A stretch of 64,000 nt of DNA, taken from a bacterium. GTDB taxonomy: Bacteria; Patescibacteriota; Microgenomatia; UBA1400; UBA12108. The position numbers and the translations under genes were made by a program. The notes beneath the pieces were generated by a model that searched no databases, had not been told where the DNA came from, and worked only from the letters and a program-made list of their open reading frames with translations. Where the stretch lies: the NCBI GenBank assembly GCA_043827085.1, contig JBDRPO010000022.1, forward strand, positions 4,481 to 68,480, read 5' to 3'. This document shows, in pieces, positions 1 through 9,725 of the stretch (positions are counted from its first letter, which is position 1; every line of letters begins with the position of its first letter).

Positions 1-1
1 A

Positions 2-778
<777 letters not shown>

Positions 779-813
779 TACTAGATACAAAATACATAAT
801 ACATAAAACAAAT

Positions 814-1764
814 ATGAAAGTATTAATTGCCGGTGGCGCCGGTTTCATAGGTTCTCATCTTTGTGACCGCTTACTTCAAGATGGCCACGAAGTGATCTGT
901 GCTGACAACTTCTCCTCCGGTTCCAAAGATAACATTACTCATCTTTTAGCTAATCCTAAATTTACTCTCATCGAGCAAGATATTTGTACTCCTCTACCTC
1001 CCAAAATCTCCAATTTATCCGCCATTTTTCACTTTGCTTCTCCCGCCTCCCCCAATCCCGACAGCCCCGTCTCCTATATGTCCCATCCCGTCGAAACCTT
1101 GATGGTGAATAGTCTTGGCACCAAAAATATGCTGGACCTAGCTGTCAAAAATAACTGTCAAATTATCTTTGCCTCGACCTCCGAAGTCTACGGTGATCCC
1201 GAGGTTCATCCTCAGCCAGAAACCTATCGTGGTAATGTTTCCCCCAATGGTCCTCGTAGCTGCTACGACGAAGGTAAACGCTTTATGGAGTCCATCGCTT
1301 TCACCTACGCCCGCAAGTTTGCTGCCAAAATTAAAGTTATTCGCATCTTTAATACTTACGGACCCCACATGCGCCTTGACGATGGACGCTTCACCATCAA
1401 TTTAATTGATTCCTATCTTAATCACAAATCCTTCAAAATGTTTGGGGATGGGAGTAGTACTCGCTCATTTTGTTATATTGATGATTTAGTCGAAGGTATC
1501 ATGCTAGTTGCGGGGAGCGATCAAGCCTTGGGAGAAGTAATCAATCTAGGTAACCCGAGCGAAATTGCGCTTATTGATGCCATCAAAGTATTTGAGAGTG
1601 TTATTGGGAGCGAGTTATCCAAGCAAAGAGAGGATTCTCAGCCCGACGATCCTCACCGTCGCTGCCCGGATATTACTAAGGTCAAACAGCTACTCGGTTG
1701 GGAACCCAAAATAGACTTTAGAACTGGGATAAAAAAGACTTTGGAATCTTATCGCCATGAATAA
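814..1764 (+). CDS. NAD-dependent sugar-nucleotide dehydratase/decarboxylase of the extended SDR family, UDP-glucuronate decarboxylase (UXS/ArnA-DH)-like
   Basis: Rossmann motif GGAGFIGSHL, then DNFSSGSKDNI, then the catalytic tyrosine block CYDEGKR, as in UXS-type enzymes. It lies 36 nt downstream of gmd. A GDP-6-deoxyhexose reductase or epimerase cannot be excluded. Confidence 0.6.
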   Translation: MKVLIAGGAGFIGSHLCDRLLQDGHEVICADNFSSGSKDNITHLLANPKFTLIEQDICTPLPPKISNLSAIFHFASPASPNPDSPVSYMSHPVETLMVNSLGTKNMLDLAVKNNCQIIFASTSEVYGDPEVHPQPETYRGNVSPNGPRSCYDEGKRFMESIAFTYARKFAAKIKVIRIFNTYGPHMRLDDGRFTINLIDSYLNHKSFKMFGDGSSTRSFCYIDDLVEGIMLVAGSDQALGEVINLGNPSEIALIDAIKVFESVIGSELSKQREDSQPDDPHRRCPDITKVKQLLGWEPKIDFRTGIKKTLESYRHE

Positions 1765-2920
1765 AGTCGTTATCATTATTCCTACCTATAATGAACGAGG
1801 CAACGTGGCCCCAGTCACGTTGGCACTGTCCAAGGTTTTTAAACAATGTGTGGGCTACGCCATGCACATCTTATTTGTTGACGATAACTCTCCCGACGGC
1901 ACGAGTCGCGAAATTGATAAACTCATCAAGAAGTACCCTTTTGTTCACATCCTCAACAACAAACGCAAAGGTGGACTCGGTCACGCCTACAAGAAAGGCA
2001 TGATCTATGCGCTTGATAAACTAAAAGCCGACATTGTCTTTGAATTCGACGCCGATCTCTCTCATGATCCAGGGAAAATTCCCGCCATGCTCGAGAAAAT
2101 TGCTGGTGGAGCTGATATGGTTTTGGGCTCTCGCTACCAGCGTGGAGGGGGAATTCCCGAAAACTGGCCACTCTACCGCAAATTCCTCTCTGTCGTTGGC
2201 AATCTCTTTATCCGCGTAGTCATGTTTAACTTTTCTCTCCACGACTGGACGACCGGTTACCGCGCCATCCGCGCCACACTTGTGCAAGCGATTATTCCTT
2301 CTATGCATAACTCCGCTTTTCATGGTTACACCTGGCAAATAGGTTTTCTCGTGCAAACTATCCAGAAAGGGTATAAAGTAGCCGAAGTGCCGTTTTATTT
2401 CAAAGATCGTACCTTGGGCCGCTCGAAACTAGGTCCAGAATTTATTATTAATACCATGAGGTATATTATGAAAGTTCGTCTAACCGAAATATTCCACTCT
2501 CGTATTATTAAATTTATTCTAGTTGGTGGTTTCGGCTCGGTAATTCAATTCACTTTCCTTTATCTCTATAGGATGTTTATTCCCGCCTACCAACTCGCCA
2601 TCTTTCTCTCGATCGAAACCGCTGTAATCTCCAACTTTACCTGGAGTAACCTCTGGACCTTTGCTGACCGTAAACTCAAAACTAGCCAAATTCCGGGTAA
2701 ATTTATCCAGTTTAACTTAGCTTCTGCCGGCTCCATCATCATTCAGCAAGTCGTGGCTTTCCTCGGCGAGAGATTTATTGGACTCTACCCTCTCTTTACC
2801 GTCCCTGTTGTACATCTCGGTGTTGATACTGGCGTGATGTTTGCGGTCATCGGCATCGCGATCGGAATGTTTTGGAACTTCTTTGCCTACTCCCGCCTCG
2901 TATGGCGCAAATCTACTTAA
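1757..2920 (+). CDS. Polyprenol-phosphate sugar synthase (Dpm1-like GT2) fused to a C-terminal GtrA-like 4-TM domain
   Basis: N-terminal VVIIIPTYNERGN ... FVDDNSPDGT ... FDADLSHDP are the GT-A DxD-type motifs of Dpm1/GtrB. The C-terminal ~130 aa (FILVGGFGSVIQFTFLY ... FWNFFAYSRLVWRK) matches the GtrA flippase family pattern. It overlaps the upstream gene by 8 nt. Confidence 0.75.
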   Translation: MNKVVIIIPTYNERGNVAPVTLALSKVFKQCVGYAMHILFVDDNSPDGTSREIDKLIKKYPFVHILNNKRKGGLGHAYKKGMIYALDKLKADIVFEFDADLSHDPGKIPAMLEKIAGGADMVLGSRYQRGGGIPENWPLYRKFLSVVGNLFIRVVMFNFSLHDWTTGYRAIRATLVQAIIPSMHNSAFHGYTWQIGFLVQTIQKGYKVAEVPFYFKDRTLGRSKLGPEFIINTMRYIMKVRLTEIFHSRIIKFILVGGFGSVIQFTFLYLYRMFIPAYQLAIFLSIETAVISNFTWSNLWTFADRKLKTSQIPGKFIQFNLASAGSIIIQQVVAFLGERFIGLYPLFTVPVVHLGVDTGVMFAVIGIAIGMFWNFFAYSRLVWRKST

Positions 2921-4019
2921 ACACTCCCCAGTCACTAATAGGTTGAATATTCTTGAGAATAAATTGCCACCCAAGTAAATAAATCGGGATAATCAGCACG
3001 GCCATTACCCACCATGCCTTTTTTGGTACTTTCGGTAGGCGTGGCGCATAACCCAAAAGCGCCATGGGTGCAATCGGCAAGGCGTACCTCCCCAAATCCC
3101 GGTGAGCCACGAAAAGTAATATCGCGCCGTATATCCATCCATACGCCTTGACTGTTTTGTCCTTCACCATGGCTAGGCCTAATCCATAAAACACGTAGAG
3201 ATAAATGATGTCTTCCCTCCACATATCACTAATCCAACTCTGCATATTAGAAAATATCTGAAAAGGCGGGAAAAACAGATGCAAGTTATCTCCCGAATGA
3301 AAGTATGCTAAAAGATCTTGGTATCTGAAGCCGTAAAACACAAACAACCCCACCAGTGTTAAGGGCATAATTAAGTAAGGGATAAAATGCTTAGGTTTAT
3401 GCCACATTGCCAAAATATAGCCCGCAAATAATATTATGCCTGGACTCCTGGTTAGTACTGCTAACGCTCCGGCAATTGCACTTGGCCAATACTTTTCTTT
3501 GATTGCCCAAGTTAACGAAACTAGGACAAAAGTCATAAACAAAGGTTCATTACTTCCAACTCCGCGCACCGACAGCATTCGCGCAGGAAAAAATAAGGCA
3601 ATCACGCTCATAATTAACGCCAATCGCCTATTTTTGAGCGTAGTCTCAAAAAACCAATATAGCCCGATAGCCAGTAGGACATTTGTCACAATAACTGCAG
3701 CAAGTAGTGCGTGGGGTGGCGGCAAGGCCAAACTAAAAAACTTGACGATGCCCGCAAAGAGTGGGAAGTGAGCCGCAAAATATATCGGATCATTGCCAGT
3801 CAGAAACTGGGCATTAATCTGCTCAATTACCTGTGGATTATACCAACTTTTTGCCACTACCAGAAAATTAAGGCCGTCAAAATTCTGAACAATCGTTTCC
3901 ATCCCACGTCCCCTGAAATCAATCCCCCCAAAACTACCCGTCTTCAGTATAAATGGAGTCCAAAACACAACCAGTGACATCAAACTCGCGATTCCCACAA
4001 GTAGCAAGTTTTTTCTCAT
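2913..4019 (-). CDS. Polytopic membrane protein, putative GT-C-type glycosyltransferase. Paralog of 35643..36737.
   Basis: Hydrophobic throughout. Shares the N-terminal block NFDGLNFLVVAKSWYNPQ with NWDGPSYVITAISLYNPQ of the 35643 gene. It is the only minus-strand gene in this part of the run. Confidence 0.5.
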   Translation of the reverse strand: MRKNLLLVGIASLMSLVVFWTPFILKTGSFGGIDFRGRGMETIVQNFDGLNFLVVAKSWYNPQVIEQINAQFLTGNDPIYFAAHFPLFAGIVKFFSLALPPPHALLAAVIVTNVLLAIGLYWFFETTLKNRRLALIMSVIALFFPARMLSVRGVGSNEPLFMTFVLVSLTWAIKEKYWPSAIAGALAVLTRSPGIILFAGYILAMWHKPKHFIPYLIMPLTLVGLFVFYGFRYQDLLAYFHSGDNLHLFFPPFQIFSNMQSWISDMWREDIIYLYVFYGLGLAMVKDKTVKAYGWIYGAILLFVAHRDLGRYALPIAPMALLGYAPRLPKVPKKAWWVMAVLIIPIYLLGWQFILKNIQPISDWGVFK

Positions 4020-4037
4020 ACCTATATACTACATGCA

Positions 4038-4742
4038 ATGAGCGTAAAACTCACTAGCTTATCGATCTTCATGCCAGCTTTCAACGAAGAGGGGAATATC
4101 ACCGCGACTTTGATTGACGCTGGTAAAGCCGCCAAAAGGATCACAAACGACTATGAAATTATCGTGGTTAATGACGGTAGTCGTGACAAAACTGCCGAAA
4201 TCGTCCAAGAACTAGCCAAGCTTGATCCTCATCTACGCCTGATCAACCACACAAGTAACAGGGGGTACGGTGGAGCCGTCAAAACTGGCATGTCTGCCTG
4301 CCGCAAAGACTGGATCTTTTTTACCGACTCTGACGGTCAATTTCACTACGACGAGCTCATTAAATTTGTTGAAGTCAGCGGGTCATTCGATCTCGTCATG
4401 GGCTATCGCAAAAAACGCATGGATCCTTTTCACCGCGTCTTTGTCGCTCAAGTCCTCCTAAAAGTCTGGAATTTTGCCTTGTTTGGTTTGACCGTTCGCG
4501 ACGTCGATTGTGCCTATAAATTATTTAGGCGGGAGGTGAGGGACGCTATCAAACTAAAAACCGAGAGCGCCATCACCGTCTCCGAATTCATTATTAAATC
4601 CTATGCTCTCGGCTTTAGGATCAAACAAATGCCGGTGTCTCACTACGCTCGTCGCTTTGGAGAGCAGACCGGCGGCAATTGGCGCGTGATCGCCAGAGCA
4701 GCCAGGGAAAGCTTCCGACTCTGCAAAGAACTGCATCCATGA
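4038..4742 (+). CDS. Family 2 glycosyltransferase (polyprenol-phosphate glycosyltransferase-like)
   Basis: SIFMPAFNEEGNI ... IIVVNDGSRD ... FFTDSDGQF (DxD) ... GYRKKR. Soluble, 234 aa, with no TM tail. Confidence 0.75.
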   Translation: MSVKLTSLSIFMPAFNEEGNITATLIDAGKAAKRITNDYEIIVVNDGSRDKTAEIVQELAKLDPHLRLINHTSNRGYGGAVKTGMSACRKDWIFFTDSDGQFHYDELIKFVEVSGSFDLVMGYRKKRMDPFHRVFVAQVLLKVWNFALFGLTVRDVDCAYKLFRREVRDAIKLKTESAITVSEFIIKSYALGFRIKQMPVSHYARRFGEQTGGNWRVIARAARESFRLCKELHP

Positions 4743-6256
4743 ACTACCTAAAACGCAATTGGCTCATTATTCTCATCCTTATCCTGGCTACATTTACTCG
4801 TCTCTACCGCCTTCCCGCGACCATTACTTTTCTCGAAGACGAAGGACGCGATTTACTCATCGCGCACCGGATGATCGACACCCACAGACCTGTCCTCCTT
4901 GGTCCGCAAACTTCCACGGGCAACATGTATTTAGGCCCCCTCTATTATTATCTGATTACCCCTTGGCTCTTCGCTTTTCAGGGCAGCCCGATTGGTCCCG
5001 TCATCTTCATTGCTTTGACAGGGATATTGACAGTTTATTTGCTTTACCGCTTTGGTTTGCGCTGGTTTAGTCCGCGAGTTGGTTATCTAGCGGCTTTGCT
5101 TTATGCCCTCATGCCTCTCCCTGTCCAGTTTAGTCGCAACTCCTGGAATCCCAATCTAGTCCCGCTTATTTCGCTCCTCCTAGTTTGGACTACCCTTCAC
5201 TTAAGTTCTCATCCCCGCGTGCGCCGCCTAACCTACTTTGCGGGTCTTGGTGCCTTAGTCGGGATCTTGGTCCAGCTTCACTACATGGCGCTGATCTTCG
5301 TCGCTGCCCTCGGATTACTCAATCTCTTTTTATGGCGCAAGCAACTGAAAAGTTTCACCCTGGGTGTTCTTGTCTCCCTAGTGGCTTTCGCTGCCGTTCT
5401 TTCTCCCTTTATTGTTTTCGAGATCAGGAATAATTTTGTTAATACCAAAGCCATTACCAGTTTTATCAAAGCCGATCGTGAGAAAAATATCCGCTACTCA
5501 TTACCGTTCTGGCTCTGGGAGGGCAAAGTTGCCGCAACCGGCACTAAATTATTGGGCAGTCAATTAGGCCGTGGAGCCTTGAGTCCCGATGTCCTTAGTC
5601 CCGCCATTACCGTGATCGCCCTCACTCTTATTATCTTTGGTCTTTGGTCTACACCCATCTATCGTATGATCGCCTTTCTTTTTATCTTGCCGCTTTTAAC
5701 GCTAGGCATCTATCAAGAATCAATTCATCTTCACTACATCGGTTTCTTTTTTCCGCTTACATATTTACTTATTGCCTCACTGATAGATCGGGGCAAATTA
5801 CTTAGCCGTTTAGCTATCCTATTCGTCATTTATACTTTGATCTACTCCATCCCTTCCACTCTGAGCTACATTAGCTCTGGTCCCACTAACCAAGTTATCC
5901 GGGCGAGCGAAGTTTCACAGTACATTGTCAAGGAATCCGCAGGACGTCCTTATAACATGGTGAGTTCCGGGAAAACTCATACCACTCCGTACCTCTACTT
6001 TTCTGCCATCTCACCCTTACCTCCGGTAAATACTCACGCCCCCCTTCTCTTTTTAATCTGTCAAGACAATCCCTGTTCTGACGAGGATATTAACTCTCCA
6101 CTTCTCTATATCACGGGTCCCGCCCATCCTACTCTAGTCAACTATCTTGGTCATCCGCTCTACAACTACTATGATCAACCAAGAACGCTCATTAAAATGG
6201 AGCACGTCTCTCACGGGGTTTGGGTCGCTGAAATAAATGTTAAACTAGTACCATGA
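4739..6256 (+). CDS. GT-C superfamily (ArnT/PMT, COG1807-like) membrane glycosyltransferase, paralog family A
   Basis: Start taken at the in-frame ATG at 4739 (MNYLKRNWLIILI...), overlapping the upstream stop as ATGA. First-loop acidic motif FLEDEGRD, then LLGP....YLGPLYYYLITP, then more than 10 predicted TM helices. Paralogous to 23789..25189 and 25197..26714. Confidence 0.6.
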   Translation: MNYLKRNWLIILILILATFTRLYRLPATITFLEDEGRDLLIAHRMIDTHRPVLLGPQTSTGNMYLGPLYYYLITPWLFAFQGSPIGPVIFIALTGILTVYLLYRFGLRWFSPRVGYLAALLYALMPLPVQFSRNSWNPNLVPLISLLLVWTTLHLSSHPRVRRLTYFAGLGALVGILVQLHYMALIFVAALGLLNLFLWRKQLKSFTLGVLVSLVAFAAVLSPFIVFEIRNNFVNTKAITSFIKADREKNIRYSLPFWLWEGKVAATGTKLLGSQLGRGALSPDVLSPAITVIALTLIIFGLWSTPIYRMIAFLFILPLLTLGIYQESIHLHYIGFFFPLTYLLIASLIDRGKLLSRLAILFVIYTLIYSIPSTLSYISSGPTNQVIRASEVSQYIVKESAGRPYNMVSSGKTHTTPYLYFSAISPLPPVNTHAPLLFLICQDNPCSDEDINSPLLYITGPAHPTLVNYLGHPLYNYYDQPRTLIKMEHVSHGVWVAEINVKLVP

Positions 6257-7005
6257 AACCACTCGTTTCTGTCATCTTGCCCAATTATAACGAACTCGAA
6301 AACCTCAAGCGGGGAGTTCTTAACGATATTGCCAATTATTTAGACACTCAATCATATGGCTGGGAAGTTATTATCTCTGACGATGGCTCAACCGACGATA
6401 GTACTGCTTATATCGACAATTTTGTTGCTGAACATCCCAATTTTAGACTATTAAAGAACACTCACGCCGGCAAGCCATACGCACTCAAAAGTGCGATCAA
6501 AATTGCGCAAGGGGATTATGTTCTTTTCACCGACATGGATCAGTCCACTCCGATCGACCAGCTTGATAAACTATTGCCCTATACCAAGGATGGGTTTCGC
6601 GTTGTGATCGGCTCTCGCGGCATCCGCCGACGTGATTCTAGTCTGATCCGTCAGCTCGCCTCAGTCATTTTCCTCTTGGCACGCAAAATATTCCTTCTGC
6701 GAAGCATCAAAGATACCCAGTGTGGTTTTAAACTTCTTGAGACTGCTCTAGCCAAAAAGATTTTCACCCGCATGCGGCTTTTTGGTAGAGCTCACAAGAC
6801 CGTCGGTTGGAAAGTCACCGCCTATGATGTTGAGTTGCTCTTTCTCGCCGAAAAGCTCGGAGAAGAAATCCAAGAGGTAAGAGTAGTTTGGCGTGACGAA
6901 GACACAAGTTCCGATAAAAAGCGAAATTTTATCAAAGAAAGTATCGAAATGTTTGTCGAAATTCTCCGTGTCAGTGTCAATGATATGTTGGGTAAATACA
7001 ACTAG
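6253..7005 (+). CDS. Family 2 glycosyltransferase (Dpm1-like)
   Basis: VSVILPNYNELENL ... VIISDDGSTDDS ... FTDMDQS (DxD). ATGA overlap with the upstream gene. Confidence 0.75.
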   Translation: MKPLVSVILPNYNELENLKRGVLNDIANYLDTQSYGWEVIISDDGSTDDSTAYIDNFVAEHPNFRLLKNTHAGKPYALKSAIKIAQGDYVLFTDMDQSTPIDQLDKLLPYTKDGFRVVIGSRGIRRRDSSLIRQLASVIFLLARKIFLLRSIKDTQCGFKLLETALAKKIFTRMRLFGRAHKTVGWKVTAYDVELLFLAEKLGEEIQEVRVVWRDEDTSSDKKRNFIKESIEMFVEILRVSVNDMLGKYN

Positions 7006-7020
7006 TGCTCGGATCCCTAC

Positions 7021-7077
7021 AAGGTCCGACCTTGAAGGATGAGCCCAACCCGAGCAAAGCGAGGGAAGGTCGGACCT
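7021..7077. promoter_or_regulatory. Inverted repeat or paired palindromic sites in an 80-nt intergenic gap
   Basis: aaggtccgacctt at about 7021-7033 and aaggtcggacct at about 7066-7077 are reverse complements (12-bp arms, ~32-nt spacer). Each arm is itself a near-palindrome (aaggtc-N-gacct). No U-tract follows, so it may be an operator pair rather than a classic terminator. Confidence 0.4.
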
Positions 7078-7084
7078 CAATATA

Positions 7085-8224
7085 ATGTTAAATATCCTCT
7101 GGCTTATATTATCCATAGCTCTTTTTGTTTACAGTTACGGCTTTGTTGACTTTAATCTCACCCTCTCTTCTCACTATTTGGTGACTAGTTTTGTCTCTTG
7201 GTCTCAAGGCCTAGCTATGTTTCACCGCTCGACCTCCCTCTACGTTTATCTCGGCTTAATGGGAATGCTGTATTTGTGTTACTTTATCACGATATCAAAA
7301 TGGCGCCACTTTACCGCTTTCCCCTGGAAAATCATCGCTCTTGTTGCTCTTTTTTTTGCTCTTTCCTATCCCTTTCTATCCTCCGATGTTTTCAAATATC
7401 TCTTCAGTGCCAAAGAACTTTTGGTCTATCATGCTAATCCTCACGTCGTTGCTCCCCAAGTTTTTGCCGGAGATACCTGGCTTCGTTTTATGCGCTGGAT
7501 TCACACCCCGAGCCCCTACGGTCCAGTCATGACCGGGCTCGCGATTCCCTATTATCTCTTGGGTTTTGGCAAGTTTGTTCCCTCACTTTACTTATTTAAA
7601 CTCGATCAAATTTTTTGGTACGGTTTGTCTATTTGGGTAATTGGTAAATTAGCAGGTAAGCGGGCGGTTATGGCCCAACTCTTTTTTGCGCTCAATCCCC
7701 TGATTCTTATCGAGTGGCTCGTTAATTCCCACAACGATGCCCCCATGATCTCGCTTTTGTTGTTTTCCCTCTACCTGCTTACCCTCACTCGGAGATTACC
7801 CGCACTCATTTCTCTCTTATTTTCCATTGGCATTAAATACGTGACTATCATCTTCCTTCCAATTATCTTAATTTCAAAGAAATATACAATTAACCTAACA
7901 TCTATTATCTATTATCTAATATCTGTATTGGCGCTCGCGCCCATACTTTATCATTATCAAATCCAGTATCAACCGTGGTACGTTACCTGGCTTGTGCCTT
8001 TTGCTGCTCTCTCTGGTTCAATTCCTCTGATGGGGATGACCGCTGCCTACAGTTTCGGTGCCATTCTCCGCTACATCCCCTTCATCCAGTTGGGGCTCTG
8101 GCAGGGGAGTGGTCGCTATTTTGCTCTCCTTACCTTCACCCCCATGGTTCTCTCTGCTCTCTACTTCCTTCTTCTCCGTTTTTTCCGCCAATATCACTCC
8201 CCAGAAACCAAAAACCAGTTATAA
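7085..8224 (+). CDS. Polytopic integral membrane protein of unknown function, putative GT-C glycosyltransferase
   Basis: 379 aa, more than 9 hydrophobic segments, no soluble domain. Sits in an operon with GT-C genes. Confidence 0.45.
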   Translation: MLNILWLILSIALFVYSYGFVDFNLTLSSHYLVTSFVSWSQGLAMFHRSTSLYVYLGLMGMLYLCYFITISKWRHFTAFPWKIIALVALFFALSYPFLSSDVFKYLFSAKELLVYHANPHVVAPQVFAGDTWLRFMRWIHTPSPYGPVMTGLAIPYYLLGFGKFVPSLYLFKLDQIFWYGLSIWVIGKLAGKRAVMAQLFFALNPLILIEWLVNSHNDAPMISLLLFSLYLLTLTRRLPALISLLFSIGIKYVTIIFLPIILISKKYTINLTSIIYYLISVLALAPILYHYQIQYQPWYVTWLVPFAALSGSIPLMGMTAAYSFGAILRYIPFIQLGLWQGSGRYFALLTFTPMVLSALYFLLLRFFRQYHSPETKNQL

Positions 8225-8231
8225 TGAAGTC

Positions 8232-9725
8232 ATGCAGTGGTTCCCAAAAATAAAGAAACTCGAGTGGTTAGTTATTCTTTCTCTGGTTATTGTCTATTTC
8301 GCCTTCACTCTAACTAATTTGACCAAACTCCCCATTTTCGTCGATGAAGCACTCTACTTACGTTGGGCTCAGATCGCCTGGCACGACGCGTCTTGGCGTT
8401 TTATTAGCTTAACCGACGGCAAGCAGCCCCTTTACGTCTGGTTCGTCATTCCTTTTATGAAGATGATCTCCGATCCACTCTCCGCCGGGCGCACCGCTTC
8501 CGTCGTTTGTGGTCTCTCCACCTTTCTGGGTATGGGATACCTAGGTTGGCTGATCAAAGACAAAAAAACCGCACTTATCGCCATGATTCTTGCCATGTTT
8601 TCACCCTATCTCTTCTTTTATTATCGCTTCGGCGTCATGGAATCCATGCTAGTATCTGGCTCTATTTGGGTATGCAGCTTTTCAATACTCCTTGCCCGCT
8701 CGCGCCGCCTTGACGTCGCCATGATTCTCGGCATGATTGCGGGCGCGACCATGTTGACTAAGTCATCTGGTACTTTCTTTTTGCTCCTCATACCTTTTGC
8801 CTACCTCCTCGTAGTTGACTTCAAGCAATTCTTTTCCTCTATAACTTTTAACTACAGTATCTTAGTGCTAGTCTCATGGCTACTTGCCACCGTGATCTAT
8901 AACGTGCAGCGTCTTTCTCCCTGGATGCACATGATTGCAGAAAAAAACGCTTTCTTTATCGTCCCGTACAACGAAATCTTTAATGAACTCGGTCGCATCT
9001 TCAATAATTTTCACGATGTCTGGCGCTGGCAAATTGCCTACACAACACTCCCCATCCTCTTATTGGCCCTATTCGGCTTTTATCTCGTTATTCGCCGAAA
9101 TTGGCGACTAGGCATATTCCTTTCCGCTTGGCTCTTTGGCCCCATGCTTGGTACCGTACTCCTAGCTAAACTCTTTGCCCCTCGCTATATTATCTTTGTC
9201 ACTCCCTTTATCCTCTTATTTGCTGCTTATGCGCTCGCTTCTATCAAATCTTACTCACTCCGCTTTTGGACAAGCATGCTCGTAATTCTTCTCCCCATTA
9301 TCCTGATTGGGAAACTAATTAGTAATCCCATTACTTTCCCATATGTCTCGGTAGACGAAGGGTATGTTAACGGTTGGTCAGCCGGGGAGGGGACTAAACA
9401 AATTGCCGACTGGGCGGTGGCCCGGATTCATACCATTGGGAAACCCATCACTATTTTTACCGAAGGCACCTTTGGTATTTTGCCTCACGGCCTTGAGCTC
9501 TATGCTGACGGACGAGTAACTGGTTTGACCATCAGGGGGTTATATCCCATTAACTCGATTCCACCGCGAGAAGCACTAGAATCTGTCAAAGATAATCTCG
9601 AAACCTATCTAATTCTCAACAACACTCAAACCTACGGTCCTCAAAATGGTCTCGAACTCGTGAGTGAATATGCCAAGCGTGATCCAAAATACACAATGCG
9701 TCTTTATCGCATTATGCCCAAGTGA
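8232..9725 (+). CDS. GT-C superfamily membrane glycosyltransferase (ArnT/PMT-like)
   Basis: Start at the internal ATG (MQWFPKIKKLEW...), which is residue 59 of the track ORF. The upstream part overlaps the previous gene. Motif PIFVDEALYLRWAQ in the first loop. More than 10 TM segments plus a C-terminal soluble domain. Confidence 0.55.
   Translation: MQWFPKIKKLEWLVILSLVIVYFAFTLTNLTKLPIFVDEALYLRWAQIAWHDASWRFISLTDGKQPLYVWFVIPFMKMISDPLSAGRTASVVCGLSTFLGMGYLGWLIKDKKTALIAMILAMFSPYLFFYYRFGVMESMLVSGSIWVCSFSILLARSRRLDVAMILGMIAGATMLTKSSGTFFLLLIPFAYLLVVDFKQFFSSITFNYSILVLVSWLLATVIYNVQRLSPWMHMIAEKNAFFIVPYNEIFNELGRIFNNFHDVWRWQIAYTTLPILLLALFGFYLVIRRNWRLGIFLSAWLFGPMLGTVLLAKLFAPRYIIFVTPFILLFAAYALASIKSYSLRFWTSMLVILLPIILIGKLISNPITFPYVSVDEGYVNGWSAGEGTKQIADWAVARIHTIGKPITIFTEGTFGILPHGLELYADGRVTGLTIRGLYPINSIPPREALESVKDNLETYLILNNTQTYGPQNGLELVSEYAKRDPKYTMRLYRIMPK

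Noticed and set aside
8058-8231. Long N-terminal extensions of several track ORFs (for example 8058, 4679, 15644, 20205, 17971, 12613) overlapping the upstream gene by up to 190 nt
   Set aside because: The extensions are low-complexity, overlap conserved C-termini of the upstream genes, and begin with non-ATG codons. Internal ATGs placed 1-14 nt from the upstream stop give canonical coupled starts.
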